A stretch of 64,000 nt of DNA from Candidatus Latescibacterota bacterium (GTDB taxonomy: Bacteria > Latescibacterota > UBA2968), in the NCBI GenBank assembly GCA_965222605.1, contig OZ244960.1, forward strand, positions 128,001-192,000, in the 5' to 3' direction. Each line of letters opens with the position of its first letter. Within the stretch, counting starts at the first letter, position 1. Shown here piece after piece: positions 9,485 through 20,000 of this stretch. The notes under the pieces are model-generated. The model was not told the origin of the DNA. It searched no databases and worked only from the letters and a program-made list of their open reading frames with translations. The position numbers were made by a program, and so were the translations under genes.

Positions 9485-11395
9485 CTACTCCAGCATCACC
9501 CAATCATACATCGCCCCGGCACGCTCCACAGCGCGATCCACATCCTCGCGCAACATCAATCGCTCCCCCACTAATTTTCGAGCAGCTTGTGCCACACAGT
9601 CCAAATACGCTTCGCGGCTGCCATAGCGCTGAACAATCGATAGTCGAGAATCCCCTTCGCGCTCATCCTCATCGCGTGCAAACGGCACCCACATCCCATC
9701 AAGACCAACAAGCGCATCGGTCGCGCCGTGTTGTCGATACCGCCATCCCGTAAACGTCCCCAAAGGCGCGACCACCTCTGGCATGCGAATACCCGCGACC
9801 TCATTGCCATCTTCATCGACCTGGGGCACGCGCACGCCAAAAGAACGTCCTTTTTCAGGCGGCTCGCAATCGATAATACCCACATCCCATCTACTCCCCC
9901 AGTTCAATCGCAAAGGTCGCCGCATGCGAACAGGACTTCGCAAATCTGGAATAGTGGGAAATTCCAAATCGTCAGCATCGACCAGAGAGCCATCTGAAAC
10001 ACGACCATACCGGCTCTCAGGAGGGGCAACGCCCTCGCGCACCCAACAATCTAACGCAATGAGAAGAGCGCGCTCGGCATAGCGGAAATTCACGGGATTT
10101 GGGGGTATTATTCGACGCGGATTTTTGGGCACATCACCCGGACCGTGTTTTGTACTTGCAAAGTGATAAACGCGAACCGAAGAATGAATCTCGACATCCT
10201 CATGCCCACTCACATCCGTGTGAACCAAAGACGCACTGCGGTTCCAGTATTCGGTTGAAGTATTGGTATAAAAAATGCGAGGGGTCATCCCCGCGGCGTC
10301 ACAGCGATCCAACAACCCACCCTTTTCCTGGGTTTCGGGATCTGTTTGCGGCAAATCTGTAAACGGAAACCACTCCGTGGGATATAACGCATCAAAATGC
10401 GCGCTGGCATGCCGCGAAGGCTGTGCAAACCGATGGTTAAACGATCCCCGTGCGCCGCCTGCAACATTGGCAAACACCCCATCAAAAACCTTTCGACCAG
10501 CCTCATCCCCATTAAAGCCCTCATACAACATGTGTCGCAAAAAACGCCCACTTTGCGACGATCCAAAAGCATAAGCCCGCTCAATCGCATTGCCCAGTGG
10601 ATTGCCATCTGTTCCGTACTTCAAAAACGACACAAAATCCCGGGTTGCGGCAAAACCCGTTCCCATCACAGTTGGATTTTTGCCCGTATAAACCAGATTG
10701 TAAATGCGCCCCGGTTCAAATCCCTGCGAAAAACGGATCGCGGCGCGCCCATCTTCCAACCGATCAAACGCCCATTGATCGCGCCCAATTTCCTCGGCTT
10801 CATCATACGGATACGCCCGCACAGTGAGCACAGCATCGCCCGTTTCCACGGGTTCGTAGGGATCGTGATAGCGACTCCCCAGCGAATGCAAATCCGTCTT
10901 ATCATTCACAATAATCTCACACGACACGGGACCAGTAACATCGACCACTGGCGCGTCCAAAGTCATCAAGTGGCGATCACCCTCCGCCTCAGACGGCACA
11001 TCTGCCTGCCAACCACAGGCGGCAATCGTATAACCTTGCCGCATCAAAAAGCCATCGCCAAAATGTGCGGTAGTCTCTGGCATATTCGATCCCGTTGCCA
11101 GATTAAACATGGGCAAGATATTTTTTCGCCCACGATTGACCACATTGTAAAACACAGTACCATTGCCCCGAGCGACATCAACCGGCTTGAGCACATACAC
11201 ATCGGCTCGAAAAATCACCTGTCCGCTCTCGTCAACGGGCGCGAGATTTAAATCGACAATCGCCGCATTTTGTTTGTGAGTAGGATCAAGCGCGAACCAC
11301 GCACTCCCACACAGCGCTTCATAAGCGCCCACAGCACCGTATAACTTGCCATCCAGTACAGTTTTCCGAGAAGTAATTTCCAATTGCGTGAGCAT
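9485..11395 (-). CDS. Alpha/beta-hydrolase domain protein
   Basis: NRGRK, GWQAD, nucleophile elbow G.SQSGRFLR, TNTSTEYW, VPQVD.DGN...GIR.P. Confidence 0.75.
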   Translation of the reverse strand: MLTQLEITSRKTVLDGKLYGAVGAYEALCGSAWFALDPTHKQNAAIVDLNLAPVDESGQVIFRADVYVLKPVDVARGNGTVFYNVVNRGRKNILPMFNLATGSNMPETTAHFGDGFLMRQGYTIAACGWQADVPSEAEGDRHLMTLDAPVVDVTGPVSCEIIVNDKTDLHSLGSRYHDPYEPVETGDAVLTVRAYPYDEAEEIGRDQWAFDRLEDGRAAIRFSQGFEPGRIYNLVYTGKNPTVMGTGFAATRDFVSFLKYGTDGNPLGNAIERAYAFGSSQSGRFLRHMLYEGFNGDEAGRKVFDGVFANVAGGARGSFNHRFAQPSRHASAHFDALYPTEWFPFTDLPQTDPETQEKGGLLDRCDAAGMTPRIFYTNTSTEYWNRSASLVHTDVSGHEDVEIHSSVRVYHFASTKHGPGDVPKNPRRIIPPNPVNFRYAERALLIALDCWVREGVAPPESRYGRVSDGSLVDADDLEFPTIPDLRSPVRMRRPLRLNWGSRWDVGIIDCEPPEKGRSFGVRVPQVDEDGNEVAGIRMPEVVAPLGTFTGWRYRQHGATDALVGLDGMWVPFARDEDEREGDSRLSIVQRYGSREAYLDCVAQAARKLVGERLMLREDVDRAVERAGAMYDWVMLE

Positions 11396-11451
11396 AACCC
11401 GTCCAATTCTCAAAAGTTCTCTACCAACACGGTCTGATAAACTCCCACTAC

Positions 11452-12387
11452 CTAAAGCGCGGTGAGATCAAAGGGATTCGACCACGCCTTGTCGCCATTT
11501 GGTGCAATAATCTCAAAGCGCACGTGTTTTGAGCCGGGGCGCAGCTTGAAAGTGGCGGTCTCAAACAGCTTGCCGCCCTCGTGGTATTCGGTTCCCCGCG
11601 AATCTAATACCGCAGCAATGCGCTGTGCAGGTGAGCATTTTACCGTGGCCTCAACCGTGCGACCTTCCCCACTATGCAACTGAATGTCAAAAATTTGTGG
11701 ACCCGTTGACGAATAACTCGCGCCAGATTCCAGTGCTTCAACAATGGCTTCGAGCGACCGTTCTTTCACGCGCACCAGAGTCCAGCCTTGATACGTATCG
11801 CGCGCTTCTGAATCAGCCGCGTGAGAATCGTCATTGCCCAGTGCCGGGAGCAATTGTCCGGACAAATCCATCCAATCGTCCCAGTGCACAGAAGATTCAC
11901 CTCGCCCGGCGCAGCGGCAGGTCGTATTAAAAACTTCTATCCCGGCCAAACCCGTCAGCGGCATTGTATCCCGCAAAATATTAATCCCACTCCAGTGCGG
12001 ATGTGCGAGCCAGATCGAGCCGCCCTGTTTTTTTACTGTATCAATCACATGTTGCGGAGGCATAGCCCGCGCATCCATATCCTCTGAAATATTGAGTGCC
12101 ACAAAATGGTGACGGTCGCCACCAAAGGGATTATCGGGATGCAATTCAGCACCCTGAATAAGCGTAAAATCTTCAGGACAGGTCAGTGTTTCAACAAATG
12201 TGATATTGTTGTGATCGGATACACATAAATAATCATAGCCCTGATTGACATATCCATCTACGCGTTCTTGCGGTGAGACCCGCCCATCCGAATTTGTCGA
12301 GTGGCTGTGCAAATTGCCCTTCAGCCACATATAACCATCATCACCAGACAGAACAAACGGATTTACCAACCCATTTTTCTCAAGCAT
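11452..12387 (-). CDS. PHP-domain (CehA/McbA-like) metallohydrolase
   Basis: KGNLHSHSTNSDG, SDHN, AHPHW, GNDDSH, AWSNP. Confidence 0.85.
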   Translation of the reverse strand: MLEKNGLVNPFVLSGDDGYMWLKGNLHSHSTNSDGRVSPQERVDGYVNQGYDYLCVSDHNNITFVETLTCPEDFTLIQGAELHPDNPFGGDRHHFVALNISEDMDARAMPPQHVIDTVKKQGGSIWLAHPHWSGINILRDTMPLTGLAGIEVFNTTCRCAGRGESSVHWDDWMDLSGQLLPALGNDDSHAADSEARDTYQGWTLVRVKERSLEAIVEALESGASYSSTGPQIFDIQLHSGEGRTVEATVKCSPAQRIAAVLDSRGTEYHEGGKLFETATFKLRPGSKHVRFEIIAPNGDKAWSNPFDLTAL

Positions 12388-12411
12388 AACAAACTCCTTT
12401 GAATTAATACC

Positions 12412-13545
12412 TCAATCCCGCCACCAGACCTTCCCATTTCGAACAGACGCGCGGCAAACCAATCGCTGCTCGCCCATCAACACCTGCTGCATCGAATCAG
12501 TCAACTCAAATGTCCCCTTTTCCAATTCAAATACGGCAACATCGCCCGCAGCACCAATACCCAGGTGCCCAAGATCATCCTTTCGATCAATCACCTGTGC
12601 CGGTTCAGTGGTTGCGCGTCGAACCACTTCCTCAAGCGACATGCCCAAATTCAGAAACTTGGACATCGTCGTCGGCAAATCGTAAACGGGACCATCGATA
12701 TTGTACGAATGGATATCGCTACTGATGGTATCGGGCGGAAAACCATCTTCCATAGCCGCGCGCCCCACGTCGTAACTAAAACTGCCCAACCCGTGACCAA
12801 TATCAAAAATCACCCCGCGATCGCGGGCATCCCAGGCTTCAGAAATCACCTTTCCCGAGTTGTCGATAATCGACGCCGGCTGTGTACCGTGAAAACAATG
12901 GGTCACAATATCACCGGGGCGCAAAGGCTGAATCAGGTCACGCAAAGGCACATCGGCATTGCTGATATGAACCATCAGGGGTTTTTCGCACCGATTGGCG
13001 GCCTCCAGGGCAATTTGCAACAAATCGCGCACATCCGCATCGCCGCCCACGCCTTTGTACAAACGCACCTTAACGCCCAGTGCTGTTTTCGGATGACTCA
13101 AAACCGCCTGCGCGCATTCGCTGGCCGACACATAGCCTTCATACACCATCTCACCGCGCCGCCAGGGCAACCCGACACCCGACAGATTGACATAGGCCAA
13201 AATACGCGTTGAAGATGGCTCAATCACATAGCGCTCTAATCCGCGATAATTGATCCATCCCGCCGTCCCTGTATCCACGCTTGTTGTCACGCCTGTGCGC
13301 GGGCATAAGTCATCGGCCTCTATGCCAAAACTCGACACATCTTTATACACATGGGTATGTAAGTCAATTAATCCCGGCGTCACGAGACATCCGCTTGCAT
13401 CAATCACTGAATCGGCTTCACCCAAATCCCGCCCCATAGCTGCTACCACGCCATCCTTTAATGCCACATCCAATGTGCCATGCACGCCATTGGTCGGGTC
13501 TATCACCGTGCCACCTGTTATCAACACATCGTATTGATCAGCCAT
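12412..13545 (-). CDS. Amidohydrolase/deacetylase (dihydroorotase-like)
   Basis: PGLIDLHTH, GVKVR, MVH, THCF, DIGHG.GSF, ISSD.H. Confidence 0.85.
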   Translation of the reverse strand: MADQYDVLITGGTVIDPTNGVHGTLDVALKDGVVAAMGRDLGEADSVIDASGCLVTPGLIDLHTHVYKDVSSFGIEADDLCPRTGVTTSVDTGTAGWINYRGLERYVIEPSSTRILAYVNLSGVGLPWRRGEMVYEGYVSASECAQAVLSHPKTALGVKVRLYKGVGGDADVRDLLQIALEAANRCEKPLMVHISNADVPLRDLIQPLRPGDIVTHCFHGTQPASIIDNSGKVISEAWDARDRGVIFDIGHGLGSFSYDVGRAAMEDGFPPDTISSDIHSYNIDGPVYDLPTTMSKFLNLGMSLEEVVRRATTEPAQVIDRKDDLGHLGIGAAGDVAVFELEKGTFELTDSMQQVLMGEQRLVCRASVRNGKVWWRD

Positions 13546-13553
13546 ATCTATCC

Positions 13554-14552
13554 TCACGATCGCTCTGCAATATAAGCTTCTGCATCGATTTTACCCACGG
13601 CAATCAAGTCGCGGAACAATGCCACAGTTTTAGCCACACCTTCTGCCAGCGGCTTGTGCCCCACTGTGCCAATCGCAGCCTCTAATCCACTCCCATCGAC
13701 CTCCTGGGGGAATGGTAATTGGATATCTTCAAACGTGATCTTATCCGCCGCCTCGGGTGCTGCCCGATCAATCGCATCCTTCACATCCTGCATATCGGGT
13801 GCAAATCCCCCCAAATTAAACGCCCCTGCACCAGCGTAATCGGCCCGTGCAGCCTGAATAAACGCACGTGCCGTATCATCGGCATATTGAAAAACCGTGC
13901 GCCCACCATAAGAAATGTGATAGGGCAAGTTCGCCGCCGCTGCGAGCATAGCCGTCGTTGGCGTTGAAGTAATACCCTGATCGCGCCCCACCCCATAGAC
14001 CACATAGGGCCGAAAACCGATAGAAGACACCCCCTCGTCGAGCCAATATACATGCGCGGTTCCCTCATTCGCCTGTTTGTACACGCCGTAATGCGTATGG
14101 GGCATTAGCGTGGAATCATCTCGCATCACAGCACCCGGCTCGTAATCTTCGGGCGCGCCAAATACAGCGACAGAGCTTGCATAAACCACTTTGTCAATGT
14201 GCCCTTGCCGGCGTTTCACAGCTTCGAAAACATTCGCGGTACCCACCACATTGACGCGCGCGCCGAGCGGTGGGTCGGCCTTGCAAAACGGCACTTGAAG
14301 CCCAGCAAGATGAATGACATGCGTAATCCCGTTCTCGTCCAACGCCCGTTCAAAAGCGGACAAATCCGCAATATCGCCTGCGATAAAATTTACCTGCGCC
14401 AATTCGTCATTTGACAGCAACAATTGCAACCGCCGAGGCTCTGTCGCCAAATCGAATACCGTGACCGGCACCTTTTCGCGTACGAGATTGTGCACAGTCC
14501 ACGCGCCAATACACCCCAATGCACCCGTAATTAAAAAATGCTCGTCAGCCAT
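13554..14552 (-). CDS. NAD-dependent epimerase/dehydratase
   Basis: ITGALGCIG, HLAG, ASS.AV.G, YGVYK. Confidence 0.9.
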   Translation of the reverse strand: MADEHFLITGALGCIGAWTVHNLVREKVPVTVFDLATEPRRLQLLLSNDELAQVNFIAGDIADLSAFERALDENGITHVIHLAGLQVPFCKADPPLGARVNVVGTANVFEAVKRRQGHIDKVVYASSVAVFGAPEDYEPGAVMRDDSTLMPHTHYGVYKQANEGTAHVYWLDEGVSSIGFRPYVVYGVGRDQGITSTPTTAMLAAAANLPYHISYGGRTVFQYADDTARAFIQAARADYAGAGAFNLGGFAPDMQDVKDAIDRAAPEAADKITFEDIQLPFPQEVDGSGLEAAIGTVGHKPLAEGVAKTVALFRDLIAVGKIDAEAYIAERS

Positions 14553-14565
14553 AATTCCCTCTAAA

Positions 14566-14601
14566 AAAATCCGTTGGCATACACAATCACCAACGGATTT
14601 T
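14566..14601 (-). terminator. Rho-independent terminator after the OPT-like gene
   Basis: AAAATCCGTTGG-N12-CCAACGGATTTT hairpin with a T-run on the minus strand. Confidence 0.75.
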
Positions 14602-14626
14602 CGTTATCAAAATAAACCCTTTGCGA

Positions 14627-17071
14627 TTAGAACAACAAGACCGATACCGACTTCTGGATCATAGCAATGGACACAGACGCCATCCCCACGAGGGCCATGC
14701 CCACGGAAAAGCCCACCGCCAGTACTGTTGCGTAAAGGCGCCATTGTTTTTTGCCAAAACGATTCCAGAAATAGTAGCGGGCAATTAACGCGCCAATGAT
14801 CTGGGTAATCATTGTATGTGGAATACTGGTCAAACTTTGCACATAACCAAAGATGAGCAAAATGGGCAACCCAAACACGGACAAAATAAAAAAGAATACA
14901 AGTCCAACGGCAAATCCGGTGGTAATAACCCAGGGTTTCAGAGCCTCAAACAAAATGGGCTGATCATCTGAAGACTGCAAAAATGCCCCGTCAAAAGAAG
15001 GCACCTGATCGATCTCATATTGATAGAACAACTCACGGTCCTGAGAATCCATTGCTCTGGAAATGAGCATTTCTGGATTCGGCGTATTCATGTGCGCGCC
15101 ACTGTCCGCACTGCGGATCTCTGGCGCAGAAGGCAGCCCTTGTGCTAAAGCATCGGAAATATCGGGCGGTGCGCGACTCAGAGTTGCGGGCGGATAGGGC
15201 GGAGGCTGCGACGCATCAAAATTGGTATAAAAATAAGCAGTACTCGACCACGGCCCATACCTGCGCTCTTCAGCGGGCACACCATCTGGATCATCAGGCG
15301 TTGCCCGCACCCGCCAGTACCACCACGAATTATTCGACAAATTGGCCGGCGTCCACGTCACAGTGCTCTCTTGCGAATAGTCAACTTCGCCGCGCATAGT
15401 GCTGGTAATCCACACACACCGCTGAAGGGCGCGCAACGGCCAGAACAATTGCACGTAAGGATACGCATCGGACGGAATGGGCGCGAGTTTCCAAATATAG
15501 GACCAGTACATAAAACTGGTCACAAAAACCAGCGGTACCATAAAAACTTCAGCTCTCAGAACGCTTCTGAAGCTGGTGCCCGTCAACTCAATCTCCCGGA
15601 AGCGCTGCGCCGATGCCCCGTAGTTATCCAGGCCAAAATCCACAAACCAGATATGAATGCCCCTGAAACCACTCAGGAAAATGGTAGCTTCTTTAATATA
15701 CGGAATGCTCACATTTTGCCCTACCATACCATCTAAGCGAGCATTCACAAATGAAATGAGTGGCGTGTACACAAATGCAAAAACAAAGAAAAACACCAAC
15801 AAAGTGGTCGTCACCAACTGCGGAAATAAAATTTTTGACAAAACGATAGTGTACAAACTCGCCAGACAAAATAACACCACGCAGAACCAGATCTTAAAAT
15901 CGCCTCGTCCGGGCGGCGTTTCCCACGATCCCGTCTCGGTCTTTTCAATCCGCGCGGTTCGCACCCCGCGCCACACCTGATAAAACCCGATGACGGTAAT
16001 GGCAAATGTAATACCGATGCCAAAGCTCATCCAGAAATCAATACCTGTCACAAAATGTGTCTGAATGGTGTCCATCCCCATAAACCAGTGGGGCATATAT
16101 CCATACTTGTGTAAAAGTGGGCTTGCAATTGTATGGATAACCACCCCTACAAAGGACCCTATCACTGCCCAGAAGGGAGCGAGAAAACCCGTAAAAATGG
16201 GTCCCAGATGCAGGGTAAAGCCCAGAGGTGTCGCGGGTAAAAAATATCCCGTATATTGCGTGAAATCGACCCAGGGAATTGGAATAAGCTGCACGGGTTG
16301 TTCCATAAACGCACCCGTAATGGCGGGCACAGCTACATAAACCATCCCCCACACCACGCCGATCACCGCGCCAATAGAAAACATGCGCCAGCGCCACGTA
16401 ATATCCCCACTGCTTTCTTCTGCCAATGCCATGGCCCCATGCGCGTTGATGGGTGCAAATGGAAATGGCAGATTCTCGTAATCGGACGTAATGCGGAACA
16501 ACACATAACTGGCGGTAAACCAGGCAATACGCCCCATAATCGTGCCTAAAACCAGAAAAGCAATAGGCCAAAACCAATCGGCGTGTAAAAACGTTCGCTC
16601 AATCAGTGCTTCGGAATTTGCAGGCGGAGCCCACCACCACAGTTCGCTCAATGACTTTTGTATGCCAAATTGCACGGCTGCGGGTGACTGCACAAAGTAT
16701 TGATGCCACAACAGACCTTCAAACGCATTGGACTCCCGATTGACCAGTGAACTCGTCACATAATACAGCAGATAGACTTCCTGTCGCTTGAGTATGGTAA
16801 ACGAACGCTTTGCCAGTTCGATAAACAAAATAATCGTGACCCACTGCGCCGCTGCGCCAATTGATCCGCCAATCATCAGATCCAGATAAATATTGCCGGG
16901 CACCATCACAATCGACACAAATAACGCACCTACAATGGTCTTTGCATTAAAACCATCGACAAATTCGTCAGGCTCGTCGAGCAGATCGCGATACTCTTCA
17001 ATCTCTTCAAACTGCGTATTTTTCTTTTTTGGTTTGTCTTTGTTGCGTCTTAAAAGATTGCCTAAAAGCAT
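14627..17071 (-). CDS. OPT-like polytopic membrane protein with an inserted Ig/Fn3-like soluble domain
   Basis: Many TM segments and an E.LPFPFAP motif; hydrophilic insert at about aa 560-705 (WYWRVRA...GPWS, PSAP, Y.YEID..PSF). Confidence 0.7.
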   Translation of the reverse strand: MLLGNLLRRNKDKPKKKNTQFEEIEEYRDLLDEPDEFVDGFNAKTIVGALFVSIVMVPGNIYLDLMIGGSIGAAAQWVTIILFIELAKRSFTILKRQEVYLLYYVTSSLVNRESNAFEGLLWHQYFVQSPAAVQFGIQKSLSELWWWAPPANSEALIERTFLHADWFWPIAFLVLGTIMGRIAWFTASYVLFRITSDYENLPFPFAPINAHGAMALAEESSGDITWRWRMFSIGAVIGVVWGMVYVAVPAITGAFMEQPVQLIPIPWVDFTQYTGYFLPATPLGFTLHLGPIFTGFLAPFWAVIGSFVGVVIHTIASPLLHKYGYMPHWFMGMDTIQTHFVTGIDFWMSFGIGITFAITVIGFYQVWRGVRTARIEKTETGSWETPPGRGDFKIWFCVVLFCLASLYTIVLSKILFPQLVTTTLLVFFFVFAFVYTPLISFVNARLDGMVGQNVSIPYIKEATIFLSGFRGIHIWFVDFGLDNYGASAQRFREIELTGTSFRSVLRAEVFMVPLVFVTSFMYWSYIWKLAPIPSDAYPYVQLFWPLRALQRCVWITSTMRGEVDYSQESTVTWTPANLSNNSWWYWRVRATPDDPDGVPAEERRYGPWSSTAYFYTNFDASQPPPYPPATLSRAPPDISDALAQGLPSAPEIRSADSGAHMNTPNPEMLISRAMDSQDRELFYQYEIDQVPSFDGAFLQSSDDQPILFEALKPWVITTGFAVGLVFFFILSVFGLPILLIFGYVQSLTSIPHTMITQIIGALIARYYFWNRFGKKQWRLYATVLAVGFSVGMALVGMASVSIAMIQKSVSVLLF

Positions 17072-17095
17072 AGATTGTCCCGTGTCATAATACTA

Positions 17096-20000
17096 CTATG
17101 CGTTAACCACTGCTTTGGGGGCAGAGAGCAATACCCTCCCTTTTTCCGTGTATTGGGCGCGATTGGCTGGGTCAACTGTTCGCCAGATCAAAAACTGTTT
17201 TCGCAACGCGTTCATAAAGCCCTGATTGACCCGCCGCCACGATGCCGCATCACCCGAAAGCCGATCTATCGTCAATGTCATCGAAAAAATATTGTGCTCA
17301 CCCATGGGCACGGCTTCAAAATGCACCTGTTGACTCACACCCAAATCATAAGGTGCCAACCAGATCTTCGTATCAATCGTATAGCCCGCGCCCGTTGCTG
17401 CTTCAACCGAACCAAACCGCGCGCCATCTGTATAAAATGCGCCCATGGACTCTCCCATGTGCGACTCGAAATAATCGACCAGAAACACCGACAAACCAAA
17501 TACATCTTTGCCACCCACAGTAAATGGAAACTCAAAATGCCAGTGATCGCCGTCAGGATCGGGCAATTTCCACCGACGCGTCACATCGGGCACGGCCATA
17601 AGTGACGCCTGGCGCGCGGGATAGAGCGACGACACCAAAACCACTACCATCACCAGCACCGAAGAAATCACCGTTGACAAAGCCGAATAATTCACATTAA
17701 GCCCTTGCAACAACCCCTGCCACAATAAAATTTTGATTACACCCTGACCGAGTAAATACCCCGATACAGTACCCAATACAGCATAAACACACGCCTCGGC
17801 AATAAACAAAAAGGAAATGTGTACAGGCGCCAATCCCACAGCAGAATAAATGCCAATCTCGCGGAAGCGCTCGTACACCGATCCCATCATCGTATTCAGC
17901 ACAATCAACGCAGCCACCAGAATGGGAACGAACAAATTAGCCAGGCCAGGCAATGGTCCCCACCCCATCGAACTGTAAATTGACACCTGGATTTTGCCAT
18001 CTGCCATTGGAATGCCCGCGTACACCACCACCGACAACCGCGATACATATTCTTTGACCTGTTCTTCGACATCTACGCCTTCGTGCAAACGAATCGCCAC
18101 AGATTGCAGCGGACTGCCCACTTCCCGCAATATATTATAGGGAATAATGATAATATCGTCGGGATCTATATGCTCGAATGGCATGTTCTCGAGTTGGGGT
18201 TGTTCCAAACCCTGTTTTTCGCGAGTCTCTTGCTGGGTCAGCCGGGAGACGATCTCATCATCCGTCAGCTTAAAATCCGCCGGACTCAACATCTCGCCAT
18301 CCAGATCCGGGTGATTGCGCATTTTTTCTGCATCGATCACCCCAACGACCTTCAACTGTTTGCCAAATAAGCGCACGCTCTTTTTGCCGACATCCTCGGG
18401 ACCCACCTCGAGCAACCCGGCCATCTTGCCGGGCAAAATACACGCGAGTTCCCCCTCTTCAAACCAGCGCCCATGACTCAACAAGGTATCGATTCTCGTG
18501 ACCGCGGGTTCATTGACCGCCAGTCCCAATATCCCCAACACTTTGGTCCTTTTTTCCGGCGTTTCAATCGGTGTCTTTTTCAAGTCTCGCGTAACATACC
18601 AACTGCGCGGCGCAATCTCACCCTGATCGAAAAAATTGATGCGGGCATAATCATAAGCCGTATCCTCCAGCGGTCCCCAGAACTGGCTGCGGATCAACAG
18701 CCCCGGATACTTACCTCCGGTATCCAGCGGAATTTGATAAAAATCGAGCGTCGTCTTAATCGACGTAAAGGACAATACGGTAAACGTCAACAAGACCAGC
18801 GTGGCAAATGTCAGGCCGGTGCGCATTTTGCGCTTTTTCATGTTCGCAATGCCCAACTGAAATGCCGCCACCGAAGCACTTATCCGCCCCACATCGGTAT
18901 CGTGTAACAACACCTCTTCTGTGCGCAGCTGCCGGATATTGTCGTGAAACCGCCCCGACACAATGGCAATCACAAAAATCGCCAGTGCTAAAATCACAAA
19001 AGCCAGCAAAATCACAAAGGGATTGGAAAGATCAAATGCGGGATGCACCTGCGAAAGCACGATCCAGATCACCATAAAAACCACACCAAAACCGCCGATT
19101 TGCAGGCGGATATCGGAAAAGGTAAAAAGCAATCGCTCGACAAAAAACGCACACGGAATGACCAGTATCATAAAGAAAATCACGCCGCGAATCACATCGT
19201 TTTGCGTTGCTTTCACATCTGGATATGCCCGCGATTCGAGGCCCATGCCCGCGCGCGTGTGTTTGACAAACAAATCCCATTTCTTGTCTTGCATCGACTC
19301 TTCAGCCAGATCCAGATGGTATTTGGCCTGTGCGTGCAAATTGGTCATCCGCTGGTTTTCAATCGAATACTTCGCCAATTCGCGCATTCGCGCCTCATTC
19401 AGCGTCCACATATCTTTTGCAGCCTGGAATGAAGAGTAAATAAAAGACCCGTGTTGCAAAGTCTGAAATCCATCGCCGCGCGCGACTTCCACGCTTTCCG
19501 CGCTTTTTGAGTTCAACAACATATAGCGTACGCCTATATCCAGTGACCTGCCCCCCAACCGCATCACAATTTTGACCCGTTCACCCGGTGTTGTAAAAAT
19601 GGTTCCCACCGGTTCTTCTGGACCAAAGCCAATGGCATAGCCGTATTCCTGCGGTGCTGTATTGCCTGGACCGAGCACGCTGATACTCGACAATTTGGTG
19701 AGATAACGGGGATCGACTGTATCGTAAAAATCCGTTGCAATACACGGGAACAAAATCCTCGTGCGCTTGGATATCCACCAGTCCATGTTAAACTCGCCCC
19801 GATAGATACGCGCCTGGCGACCGTGATTGGGCGCGTATGTAATTTCGCCGCTTTCTGGATCCATATAAAAAGCCTTCACATCCACGCGACGCTCGGCAAT
19901 CCCCGGCATGTAAAATTCGCCATCTTCGTCGGCAATATCGTAGTAGATGCGGCGCACGCCTTTGATCGATTTGTCAACACCCATGCGCAGAGAAGCCACA

